Of a stretch of DNA of 64,000 bases, positions 21,512-30,333 are shown one piece after another (the first letter of the stretch is position 1; each line of letters begins with the position of its first letter). The stretch lies in contig JBLYPX010000001.1 of assembly GCA_048538235.1 (NCBI GenBank), forward strand, positions 679,554-743,553, in the 5' to 3' direction. The position numbers and the translations under genes were made by a program. The notes below the pieces were generated by a model. That model searched no databases, was not told the DNA's origin, and saw only the letters and a program-made list of their open reading frames with translations. This DNA comes from Candidatus Komeilibacteria bacterium. Lineage in GTDB: Bacteria; Patescibacteriota; Patescibacteriia; UBA1558.

Positions 21512-21946
21512 ATGAATCTTAATAAAGTAATGCTCATTGGTAATATTACAAGAGACCCTGAGCTAAGAACAACTCCAGCTGGAGATAGTGTAGCTAGTTT
21601 TTCTATTGCTACAAACTTTACTTGGAAAGATAGAGATGGCAACAAACAAGAAAAAGCTGAATTCCATAATATTGTTGCCTGGAGAAAGTTAGCAGAAATT
21701 ATTGGCCAATACCTAAAAAAAGGTAGCAAGATATATATTGAAGGCAGATTACAAACCAGAGATTGGGAAGACCAGAATGGTGTAAAACGTTACAGAACAG
21801 AAGTAATAGCTGAAAATATGATCATGCTAGATAGTAAAGGTGGTCAATCAAATGATTTCGCTCCTGCTCCACAATCTACTAATCAAGATGAACAACCAGC
21901 ACCTCCTGCTGAGGACGAGATAAATGTGGAAGATATTCCATTTTAA
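21512..21946 (+). CDS. ssb: single-stranded DNA-binding protein
   Basis: 144 aa with an OB-fold N-terminus (MNLNKVMLIGNITRDPELRTTPAGDSVASFSIATN) and an acidic C-terminal tail ending DIPF. Confidence 0.9.
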   Translation: MNLNKVMLIGNITRDPELRTTPAGDSVASFSIATNFTWKDRDGNKQEKAEFHNIVAWRKLAEIIGQYLKKGSKIYIEGRLQTRDWEDQNGVKRYRTEVIAENMIMLDSKGGQSNDFAPAPQSTNQDEQPAPPAEDEINVEDIPF

Positions 21947-21964
21947 GAAAGGAAAGTAAACACA

Positions 21965-22201
21965 ATGTTAAAAAACAATAACAATTCTGCACAACCAACT
22001 AAAAGATATTGCCATTTCTGTACAAACTCTGTCAGAGATATAGATTATAAGAACGTACAATTATTACAACGTTTCTTATCTTCATATGGTAAAATTGTAC
22101 CAAGAAAAAGATCTGGTGTTTGTGCTAAACATCAACGTAAATTAGCAACTGCAATTAAACGTGGACGTTTCATGGCTTTATTGCCATTCTCATCAAAATA
22201 A
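21965..22201 (+). CDS. rpsR: 30S ribosomal protein S18
   Basis: 78 aa with a bS18-like sequence (RYCHFCTNSVRDIDYKNVQLLQRFLSSYGKIVPRKRSGVCAKHQRKLATAIKRGRFMALLPF). Confidence 0.9.
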   Translation: MLKNNNNSAQPTKRYCHFCTNSVRDIDYKNVQLLQRFLSSYGKIVPRKRSGVCAKHQRKLATAIKRGRFMALLPFSSK

Positions 22202-22219
22202 ATTAAAAGATAAAAGACT

Positions 22220-22777
22220 ATGCTAGCAATGAACGAATTAAAATTGGGAACTGTTATTACTATTGATGATCAACCATATCAAATAACATTCACTCAACAC
22301 ATAAAAGTCGCTAGAGGTGGTGCATCTTTACGGACTAAGTTAAAAAATTTAGTTAGTGGTCAAGTTTTAGAAAAGACCTTCTCTTCTGGAGATAAAGCTG
22401 AGCCAGCAGACTTACAAAGACAAAAATCTAACTATCTATATAAAGAAGGAGATAAATACTTCTTTATGAATAATGAGAGCTTTGAACAGTTTGAATTAGA
22501 TGATAGTGAAATAGGTTTTGCTGGACAATTTTTAAAGGAAGGGATGACAGTAGATACTCTTATTTTTAATGATACTCCAGTATCTATTAAATTGCCTACC
22601 AAGATTGAGCTAATGGTAACTGACGCCCCTCCTGGAGTAAAGGGAGATACTGCTGGATCAGCCAGCAAACTTATTACACTTGAAACTGGCGCTGAAATAA
22701 AAGCACCTTTGTTTGTAAACAAAGGTGAAATGATAAGAGTAAACACAGAAACTGGAGAATATGTAGAAAGAGTATAA
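22220..22777 (+). CDS. efp: elongation factor P
   Basis: 185 aa with an EF-P KOW domain (KLGTVITIDDQPYQITFTQHIKVARGGASLRTKLKNL). Confidence 0.9.
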   Translation: MLAMNELKLGTVITIDDQPYQITFTQHIKVARGGASLRTKLKNLVSGQVLEKTFSSGDKAEPADLQRQKSNYLYKEGDKYFFMNNESFEQFELDDSEIGFAGQFLKEGMTVDTLIFNDTPVSIKLPTKIELMVTDAPPGVKGDTAGSASKLITLETGAEIKAPLFVNKGEMIRVNTETGEYVERV

Positions 22778-22792
22778 TTATATACATGATAA

Positions 22793-22826
22793 AAAAACAA
22801 CCACCTAATATTAGGTGGTTGTTTTG
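22793..22826. terminator. bidirectional rho-independent terminator between efp (+) and the convergent minus-strand gene
   Basis: AAACAACCACCTAA-TAT-TAGGTGGTTGTTTT gives a perfect 12-13 bp stem flanked by A/T runs on both sides. Confidence 0.65.
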
Positions 22827-22832
22827 TATATA

Positions 22833-23639
22833 TTATATTGCTAATTGCAAACTACTACCCAATGTCTGTAATTTATTCCAGTTAAACGAATTGTCCTTAG
22901 CATCTACATAGGCCATCAATATATATTTAGGCTTATCTTCGTCTAACATATTATCTATTATAGCCATAACCACCATAGCTGAATCTTCTTTAGACAACTT
23001 AAGCTTGTCTACTAAAACCATCTCTAAGGCTAAACTCAGCAAAGCTGGCGTAGGTTTTGCTTCTATCATGGTTTCTGCAATCTCATCTGTATATTTAACA
23101 GCTATATATTTTTTTAATATACCTTTAAACCTTGAATCTTGTTGCCATGTTTTTACTAACTCTCCCGTACGTGCCAACCAAGATAAAACAACAACAACTT
23201 CCTCTGCCTTGCCTAGTCCTAAACTTTTCCAAAGATAGTTTCTAATTCTTGATACATCGCCGCTAGAAATTCTTCCTAGTTCTTCCATAGACTTTGTTAA
23301 AGATTTTGGCTTAATAAAATCTTTCCAAATAGTATTCACTGGAACAGAAACACTTTCATCCTCTAATTCTTCTTCCTCTTCCTCAAAATCTTCGTCACCA
23401 TCTACATAAAATGGCTCGATAATATTTTCACTCAAGGCATCAATAAAATCGTTAGCTTTTTCTTCTTCAAAATTAAGATCTTCAATTAAAAAATCAACTG
23501 CTTCTTTATTACTTGCTTCGCCTTCTAAAATTGCCTGTGCTAATTCACCAGGAAAATAATTATATTTTAAAGCTAATAAATTCAAATCTCCTAGAACTTC
23601 TTTTCTATTTAAATATTCTTCTATTTCTTTATTCTTCAT
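22833..23639 (-). CDS. acidic hypothetical protein, translationally coupled to the upstream giant ORF
   Basis: 268 aa with an Asp/Glu-rich stretch (DGDEDFEEEEEELEDES). Its start overlaps the stop of ORF 23629..28722 by 11 nt. Confidence 0.5.
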   Translation of the reverse strand: MKNKEIEEYLNRKEVLGDLNLLALKYNYFPGELAQAILEGEASNKEAVDFLIEDLNFEEEKANDFIDALSENIIEPFYVDGDEDFEEEEEELEDESVSVPVNTIWKDFIKPKSLTKSMEELGRISSGDVSRIRNYLWKSLGLGKAEEVVVVLSWLARTGELVKTWQQDSRFKGILKKYIAVKYTDEIAETMIEAKPTPALLSLALEMVLVDKLKLSKEDSAMVVMAIIDNMLDEDKPKYILMAYVDAKDNSFNWNKLQTLGSSLQLAI

Positions 23640-26600
23640 CTTCTTGCTCGCTTGTATAATTAGAAACTATTTGTTCTATCTCATCGCCAGAAAGACCCTC
23701 TTCCTCTAAAATCACTTTCATATCTACATCCCCTCCACCGCTTGTATTAATATTACTAATCCTCTGATTAACATTAGCTATTTTATCTTGCATTTCATTG
23801 CTAAACGCTGCTTGACTAGCTCCCATCTTTTTAACTTGGGAAGATTGCTGTTCAAACCATTTCTTCATAGCCAAGAACTGTGCCATAGATAATGGTTTAC
23901 TTAAGAATGAACCACTACTTGTTTTGGGTATATTAATACCTCCCTTATTCGAGCTTTGCTTTGCTTTGCCAGCGTTAAGCATTCCTGGTGGTATATTGCT
24001 TAAAAATTGATCCATCTGTCCAGATATAACATTCATAGCCTCCTCGTCAGTACTGTTTGATGTATTATCTGTTTGTGCTAACAATTTTCTCAACTCTTCC
24101 AAAAACTTTTTATTATCTGGCTCGTTCTTTTCTTCTTCAGGTAAATTTATTTCTATTTCTTTTTCTAGAGCTTGTAAACTATTTTGTATCTGCTCTTTTG
24201 TACTATTCCTATCTGCTATCACTTTAGACAAATCACTAACCCTATCCTTAACTGAACTTTGAGTATCTCTGGCTGCTTGAGTGCTTCTAGTTGCTTCAGA
24301 GCTAGCAACAGACTCCTTCTCTGAATCTCTTGATGATGTTTGCTTGTCTTGGCCAGCACTTTCTGCCTTAGAAGTTGAAACTGTTTCTACAGATGAAGAT
24401 GATTCTCCTTGTACAGAACTTTGAGTATCTCTGGCTGCTTGAGTGCTTCTAGTTGCTTCAGAGCTAGCAACAGACTCCTTCTCTGAATCCCTTGAAGATG
24501 TTTGCTTGTCTTGGCCAGCACTTTCTGCCTTAGAAGTTGAAACTGTTTCTACAGATGAAGATGATTCTCCTTGTACAGAACTTTGAGTATCTCTGGCTTT
24601 TTCAGCACTGCTCATTGATTCTGAACTAGCCGTTGATCTATCTGAATCTCTTGATGATGTTTCTTTATTAGAACCAGCTTTCTCAGTATTTGTTGTTGAT
24701 CTGGACACCTCGTTTGCTCTAGCCCTTGCCTCTTCTGCTTTGGTTTTTTGCTTGCTAGCTAAAGATTCTAAACTCTTTATTTCTTTTTCATGTGATGTTT
24801 TATATTTCTGATTTTCTGTAGAAATCCTAGAAGCTTCTTTTCGTAAAGCATTTGCCTTCTTAGTAGCTTCATTATATCTATACATAGCTCCTTCTGGATT
24901 TACATAGTTTGGATCTTCATATTCCTTTTTAGCCTGGGCAGCATCTTTTTCATACGATTCCGCTCTACCAGTCAAGTCTTTAACCTTGCTATTATTATCA
25001 TTATAGCTCTTTGCAAATAAAGCTTTTGTAGCGTTTATTACATCTTGCGTTTTATAATAATCATCTTCTTTGGCTACAGCTTTATTCTCTTCAGACTGTC
25101 GCTTAATTTCTTCTTTATTCATAGCTTTGTTTACAACACTACTTTGGTAAACATCTAGAGCATCTTCATCTCTATCTGCATCATACCCCTGACCACCATT
25201 AACAATCATAAATTCTTCTTTTTGCTCATTGCTCATACTAGACCAATCATTTAAAGCTTGTTCCCTTAATCTTTCTTCCGTCTTCTGACGCTCTTGTTCT
25301 GAGTTAGCAGCTCTTATATTCTCTTTCCGCTCTTTTTTCATTGCCTTACGTTCTTTTCTTGATTCAAAGAAACTCTTCCCCTTTTCTACGCTTACACCAC
25401 CCTCACTGACTGTCATATCTTTTGCATTAATAATCCTATCTACAAAGGGTTGAGGAAGTTTAGGTTTAGATTTATCTATAACACCGTTCTTTCCAACATT
25501 GGCAATAGCGTCTGCCAAATATTCTTTTCTAATATCACCCTCAGTCATGTTTGGTTGATTTCTGTCTTCTCTAATATATTGACGGGCACTTTCTTTTTCA
25601 GCAACGGTCATACTATTCCACACATCTTCTTGAATAGAGCCATCCGAATCGACACCTTCAATGGTACTATGAGCTTTCTCATGACGAATTAACTGTTTGG
25701 CGTCTTTTCCTTTTCTTGATTTATTAACCAAAACCAAACCATCTGATTTTATTCTTTCTTCATCATTTAAATTGTTTAACAATTGATCAACACCACTAAC
25801 TCTTTCACCTGATTCAGTCTCAATTCCATGCAAGGTATCATTCTTTACTTGTTGTAAGTCTGCGTCTTTGCTTGGTTTTACGCCAAAATATTCTAAAGCT
25901 GTTCTGATATCTTCATCCTCCTCTGCTGATTCAAGCTCACTTTGATAAGCTTGCACCATTTCTTTCATAGCACTAGCTGCTTTAATAGCTTCTTCACCGT
26001 TAACAAACATACCAGCCTTTCTTTTCTGACCGGTTAAACCACCTTCTACTCTTTCATTCAGTTCATTGAAATCTACTGCTGTCATATTACCACTTCTAGC
26101 AAGCGATCCCATTGTAATACCTCCTTGAGTTGATTTACTTATTTTTGAATATTCTGAATATTGATCCTGATTTAAATATTCACTACTCTTTTCTTCCTCA
26201 CTTAAAGATTTATATTTGTCTGAGTTATAGAAACGCTCCCCTAAGACACTAGCATTATTTGCAACAAACTCATCCTTATTTACTTCTCTGGTTTCATCAC
26301 CCTTCTTAAGAACAACATTACTGTTTTCATTTCTACTAGTAGCTTCTTGATCAACCTGCCAATCTTTACCTTCTTCACTCATATCTGCTCTAACCATGTC
26401 TGTTGGCATAAGATTACTAATTTCATTTTCTACAGCTAAACCTGTATTTAAAATCTGATCGTCTGAAACTTGAGAATCTACCATATAATCTTTAGTGGAT
26501 TTCTTTACCTCTACATCACTAATCTTTTTAGGTTCTCCTTGAACACTTATACTTTCATTGGATAAATTTTGATCATAATATTTAGAGGCCTCGTTGCTTA

Positions 26601-28722
26601 CCTTTTCATCACTTAAATGTTTTAAGGCTTTGTACAAAGCGGCTCTTCTAGTCTCTGCCTTCTTCCTACCATCTGTACCAGGGTTTTGAGAATCTACTTT
26701 TTCATTAACTTGTTTAACTAATTTATCTACCTTATCATAAGGCATACTCTTAAACATTTCTTTAACAGCCTTACTCTTTATATCTCCCAAATTATCTTCA
26801 ACATCTCCAGCTTGAAATCTCTCTGGCTCATCTGCAAACACCCTACCCTTACGCTCAGCTAATCTCTTTTCTTTTATTTCTTTTTCAGCAGATTTATACA
26901 CCCTCTTAAGTGGATTAATAGAAGAAACTTCCTTCTTCTTATATTTTTCTTCTGCTCTAGTTGTTGCTTCGGACTTTTCTTTATTAATATATGCTTCTTT
27001 AAGCTTTGCACTACTTAAAGATTGATCGCTGTATAGATCTTCTCCCTCTTCAATATCATATTTAGTGCGCAATTCATTCTCAGCATTCGTTATAGCTCTA
27101 GCTTTATATGCATCTCTTGCCTCGTCTACAGTATTTACATCAAACTCTGTTATTAGTTCCTGCTTACGAGCATCATCAAAACCGTTCCATTCTGTACGTG
27201 CCTTATTCTTTGCCTGCTCAGTAACACTATCGTGTTCCTCTCTCATAAAAGACTCTCTAATGTCACCAGCTGCAACCTTACCAGAACCATCTCTAGCGGT
27301 ACCACCTTTATTCCATAACTTATTCGCACCCGCAGCATCTGCGTTAATAGCTTTAGAAATAGCTTCCCTTTTCGGAATCTCTGCTCTAGCAGCTAAAGCT
27401 GCATTAATATTATCTCCACCACCAAAAACTTTCTTTCTGATATTATCTGCTCTTTTATCTCTTGCTTTCTCTCTTCCTTTTAACTTATCTTCTGACCTAG
27501 CTGCCGCTAAATGTAATAATGACCCCTCTCTTGCTCCACCTTCTGTAGCGCCAACTCTTTTAGCATCCCACCTTAAAAGCGCTCCGCCCGTACCACCAGC
27601 CAACGCTTTTCCACCCGCTTTTAAACCTCTACCACCTGCCTTCATGCCAGACTTAATATATCCACCACCCTTCTTTATTCCTTTGTCAAAAACCTTGCCC
27701 ATTAGACCACCAGATTTACCTCCCATTTTTTGAGCCATCTGCATACCAACAACCAAAAGCATAATACCTAATAGGTAGTTAAGTAAAAATGGCGCTGAGG
27801 CTAATTGCCCACCAATAATACTATCGGGATTAACAGAACTTTCTTCAGCTGTAAAACGTCCACCAGTTTGTGACACAACAGACAATGTTAACCATAGGAA
27901 AAAAGCAATAGCCGGACCAACAATTAACTGCTCGCTAAACTGAGACCACCATTGTTTTGCCTGACCACCTAAACTTCCTGGTAAAGCTGAAGCTAAATAT
28001 GCAAAAGGAGACATTACAACTAATATCCATAGAATAACAATACGATAAGCAAGCATAGCAACAACAGCAACCAAAACCACTAACAATATTAACGAAATAA
28101 GTAGACCAAAAATCATGCCAAGGATAAGGGCAAAATTATCTTGCTCTATTTCTCCAGAGGCATCCATTGAACTTGCTAAGGATTTTAACTTATTCAAACC
28201 AAAAGCCTCTGTAAAACCAACAATAATAGAATCTCTAAAAGCAGCTACAAAAGTTAACATGATAACTTGAGAAACATCTATTAAAAATCCTGCTATTGTC
28301 TTTGAAAAGTTAATCAATATAGCCATAATAATAACTTTCCTCAAAAAGTTCTTATAACTATATGATTCAACACCTAAAACTGTACCAACAGAGATGATAA
28401 GTAATATGACTATAAAGAACATATTACATATATCTCTAACAAGCACCCAACCAGTTGTTACAGCAGCCGCTGAAGTAAATTCATTAAACTGAGCAATATT
28501 AATGAGAACGGATAACACTAAGGTTATAAGTGAGCCTATCAAACTCATCAATAAATCCAGTATCCAGGCAAATACATTAGTCATTGCATCAGCTATACCA
28601 GCTGCATGACTAATAAAAGGTACTAAAATAATTAAACTTAAAACGAAAACAACCAAGGCTAACCGTTTAGTCACCTTGGTGTTTGCAAACTTCTTTATTC
28701 TAAGAATTAGATTTTTAAGCAT
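23629..28722 (-). CDS. giant membrane protein: N-terminal polytopic TrbL/VirB6-like domain plus ~1350-aa K/E/S-rich repetitive extension
   Basis: 1697 aa. It has a signal-like N-terminus, six or more TM helices in the first ~340 aa, a Gly/Lys linker, a long charged coiled-coil-like region, an S/T/E-rich segment with a 54-aa tandem repeat, and an acidic C-terminus. The TrbL/VirB6 assignment is by topology and architecture only. Confidence 0.55.
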   Translation of the reverse strand: MLKNLILRIKKFANTKVTKRLALVVFVLSLIILVPFISHAAGIADAMTNVFAWILDLLMSLIGSLITLVLSVLINIAQFNEFTSAAAVTTGWVLVRDICNMFFIVILLIISVGTVLGVESYSYKNFLRKVIIMAILINFSKTIAGFLIDVSQVIMLTFVAAFRDSIIVGFTEAFGLNKLKSLASSMDASGEIEQDNFALILGMIFGLLISLILLVVLVAVVAMLAYRIVILWILVVMSPFAYLASALPGSLGGQAKQWWSQFSEQLIVGPAIAFFLWLTLSVVSQTGGRFTAEESSVNPDSIIGGQLASAPFLLNYLLGIMLLVVGMQMAQKMGGKSGGLMGKVFDKGIKKGGGYIKSGMKAGGRGLKAGGKALAGGTGGALLRWDAKRVGATEGGAREGSLLHLAAARSEDKLKGREKARDKRADNIRKKVFGGGDNINAALAARAEIPKREAISKAINADAAGANKLWNKGGTARDGSGKVAAGDIRESFMREEHDSVTEQAKNKARTEWNGFDDARKQELITEFDVNTVDEARDAYKARAITNAENELRTKYDIEEGEDLYSDQSLSSAKLKEAYINKEKSEATTRAEEKYKKKEVSSINPLKRVYKSAEKEIKEKRLAERKGRVFADEPERFQAGDVEDNLGDIKSKAVKEMFKSMPYDKVDKLVKQVNEKVDSQNPGTDGRKKAETRRAALYKALKHLSDEKVSNEASKYYDQNLSNESISVQGEPKKISDVEVKKSTKDYMVDSQVSDDQILNTGLAVENEISNLMPTDMVRADMSEEGKDWQVDQEATSRNENSNVVLKKGDETREVNKDEFVANNASVLGERFYNSDKYKSLSEEEKSSEYLNQDQYSEYSKISKSTQGGITMGSLARSGNMTAVDFNELNERVEGGLTGQKRKAGMFVNGEEAIKAASAMKEMVQAYQSELESAEEDEDIRTALEYFGVKPSKDADLQQVKNDTLHGIETESGERVSGVDQLLNNLNDEERIKSDGLVLVNKSRKGKDAKQLIRHEKAHSTIEGVDSDGSIQEDVWNSMTVAEKESARQYIREDRNQPNMTEGDIRKEYLADAIANVGKNGVIDKSKPKLPQPFVDRIINAKDMTVSEGGVSVEKGKSFFESRKERKAMKKERKENIRAANSEQERQKTEERLREQALNDWSSMSNEQKEEFMIVNGGQGYDADRDEDALDVYQSSVVNKAMNKEEIKRQSEENKAVAKEDDYYKTQDVINATKALFAKSYNDNNSKVKDLTGRAESYEKDAAQAKKEYEDPNYVNPEGAMYRYNEATKKANALRKEASRISTENQKYKTSHEKEIKSLESLASKQKTKAEEARARANEVSRSTTNTEKAGSNKETSSRDSDRSTASSESMSSAEKARDTQSSVQGESSSSVETVSTSKAESAGQDKQTSSRDSEKESVASSEATRSTQAARDTQSSVQGESSSSVETVSTSKAESAGQDKQTSSRDSEKESVASSEATRSTQAARDTQSSVKDRVSDLSKVIADRNSTKEQIQNSLQALEKEIEINLPEEEKNEPDNKKFLEELRKLLAQTDNTSNSTDEEAMNVISGQMDQFLSNIPPGMLNAGKAKQSSNKGGINIPKTSSGSFLSKPLSMAQFLAMKKWFEQQSSQVKKMGASQAAFSNEMQDKIANVNQRISNINTSGGGDVDMKVILEEEGLSGDEIEQIVSNYTSEQEDEE
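24257..24615. repeat. 162-bp direct tandem repeat (~2.2 copies) inside the giant ORF
   Basis: CTTTGAGTATCTCTGGCTGCTTGAGTGCTTCTAGTTGCTTCAGAGCTAGCAACAGACTCC... recurs at ~24257, ~24419 and (partially) ~24581. This encodes the 54-aa repeat ARDTQSSVQGESSSSVETVSTSKAESAGQDKQTSSRDSEKESVASSEATRSTQA. Confidence 0.85.
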
Positions 28723-28795
28723 TAAAAAATCTTAGTAATCTATCTTTATTATACTTAAAAAAAGAAATAAAATCAAGGAAAAACAATACCTAATA

Positions 28796-28824
28796 TTGAC
28801 AAAAACATAAAAATGGTGTATTAT
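28796..28824 (+). promoter_or_regulatory. sigma70 promoter for the first T9SS-CTD gene
   Basis: TTGACA, a 17-nt spacer, then TATTAT. SD AGGAGAG lies before the ATG at 28907. Confidence 0.55.
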
Positions 28825-28906
28825 ACTATATTACTTTATTATTTGATCTTTTATAACAAAATTAATAGCACATACAAAATCTCAAGGAATTGAGTAGGAG
28901 AGTAAA

Positions 28907-30139
28907 ATGAAGACTTTAAACTTATTAACTGCGTTAATGTTTGTATTTATTTCGATCGTACATGGTGACTGGATAAACATAACTAACCCAGACACTGATG
29001 ACGATGATTTAAACACAATGGTAAGAACGGAAAATGATATGTTTCACATGTTTGGAGAAGATGGTACATATATTAGGGGGATTAATTTCTCACTATCAAA
29101 TCAACCATCGCCGGCTGGACTTGAAACAGATTATTTTAAAGCTTTTGCCGTAAACAACACTATCTATATATGTGGGGAAGAAAATACTATCCTTAAATCT
29201 ATAGATAGTGGTAATAACTGGAATGTCCAGTTCCAAGGCAATGACGATGACTTATCATTTTATGCAATGAGCTTCTGGAGTGAAAACTCCGGCGTTGTAG
29301 GTGGAGACAATCTCACTATCATGCTTACAACCGACGGACAAACATACACAGAAGTGATGAGTAATCCAAACGGCGGATGCATAAAATACATTCATCAAGT
29401 ATCTTCTAATGTTTTCCTTGCTGGCGGTTGGGATTATGAGAACAATGGAATACTTTTCCGCTCTCAAGATAGGTGTGAAACGTGGAATACAGTAAATATC
29501 AATACAAGTGATGATGTTTTCCACATAACCAGTCTTGGCGAAACCGTATTAATTGCCACCAAAGGAAGCTCGCACTGTTTGAGAAGTGACGATGGAGGAG
29601 TTAGTTTTTACTACTTAAACACGCCAACAAACAACGGAGTGAACGGTTTCAAGATTATTTCCAATGATCTGATCTTTATGTACAAGGGCGTTGAGTTGTA
29701 TTCTTCAACCGACTCGTGTGCAACCTGGACGCTCGAACATGAAACCGATGACACGATTAGAGATATGTATGTTGACACAACAAACCATATTAGTTGGTTA
29801 ACTGGAAGAAATGGAATAGTTTCATACAATTCATCATTTCTAGTCTCTATCGACCCCATCAATCAACAAGTGCCAAATGGTTATGTGTTAAACCAGAATT
29901 ATCCAAATCCATTCAACCCAAACACGACAGTTGAGTATTCTATTCCTGCTGATGGAATGTGTACTCTTACGATATACGATTTCCGTGGCAAAGAAATCAA
30001 AACTGTTGTAAACGAATTCCAGTCTGCTGGAACTCATCGGGTTGCAATTGACGGTAGTAATCTACCTTCTGGCGCCTACATCTACAAGTTGCAATCCGGT
30101 GGAATTTCATTATCCCACAAAATGCTACTTGTAAAATAA
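28907..30139 (+). CDS. secreted BNR/Asp-box repeat protein with T9SS (Por) type-A C-terminal sorting domain
   Basis: 410 aa with a signal peptide and Asp-box repeats (SIDSGNNW, SQDRCETW, SDDGGVSF, STDSCATW). The C-terminus LNQNYPNPFNPNTTVEYSIPADGMCTLTIYDFRGKEIKTVVNEFQSAGTHRVAIDGSNLPSGAYIYKLQSGGISLSHKMLLVK is a textbook Por_Secre_tail. GC is noticeably above the window background. Confidence 0.85.
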   Translation: MKTLNLLTALMFVFISIVHGDWINITNPDTDDDDLNTMVRTENDMFHMFGEDGTYIRGINFSLSNQPSPAGLETDYFKAFAVNNTIYICGEENTILKSIDSGNNWNVQFQGNDDDLSFYAMSFWSENSGVVGGDNLTIMLTTDGQTYTEVMSNPNGGCIKYIHQVSSNVFLAGGWDYENNGILFRSQDRCETWNTVNINTSDDVFHITSLGETVLIATKGSSHCLRSDDGGVSFYYLNTPTNNGVNGFKIISNDLIFMYKGVELYSSTDSCATWTLEHETDDTIRDMYVDTTNHISWLTGRNGIVSYNSSFLVSIDPINQQVPNGYVLNQNYPNPFNPNTTVEYSIPADGMCTLTIYDFRGKEIKTVVNEFQSAGTHRVAIDGSNLPSGAYIYKLQSGGISLSHKMLLVK

Positions 30140-30161
30140 CCTGCATTTAATAATCAACAAA

Positions 30162-30189
30162 CCCTCACCTAATTAAAGGTGGGGGTTTT
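30162..30189 (+). terminator. rho-independent terminator
   Basis: CCCTCACCT-AATTAA-AGGTGGGGG followed by TTTT. Confidence 0.6.
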
Positions 30190-30227
30190 ACATATTTACT
30201 TATTTTAACCTCAAATATTAGTAAACC

Positions 30228-30256
30228 TTGACAAAATACATTAAATAGTGTATTAT
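30228..30256 (+). promoter_or_regulatory. sigma70 promoter for the second T9SS-CTD gene (paralogous to the promoter at 28796)
   Basis: TTGACAAAATACATTAAATAGTGTATTAT gives TTGACA, a 17-nt spacer, then TATTAT. SD AGGAGG sits within a small hairpin before the ATG at 30334. Confidence 0.55.
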
Positions 30257-30333
30257 TATATGTTATCATTAAATAGGTAACAGAACCTTGAAAAACCAAA
30301 CAAACAAAGAGGCTAAGCCTCTAGGAGGAAATC

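Noticed and set aside
25400-26600. HExxH (HEKAH) in the giant 1697-aa protein as a metalloprotease active site
   Set aside because: It is a single pentapeptide in a long charged low-complexity region, with no third zinc ligand or Met-turn context recognisable. It is probably a chance occurrence.
27065-27733. 222-aa plus-strand ORF inside the giant minus-strand gene
   Set aside because: It is antisense to a low-complexity S/A/P/K-rich coding region, which keeps spurious frames open. It has no SD, no motifs, and is entirely nested in the 1697-aa ORF.
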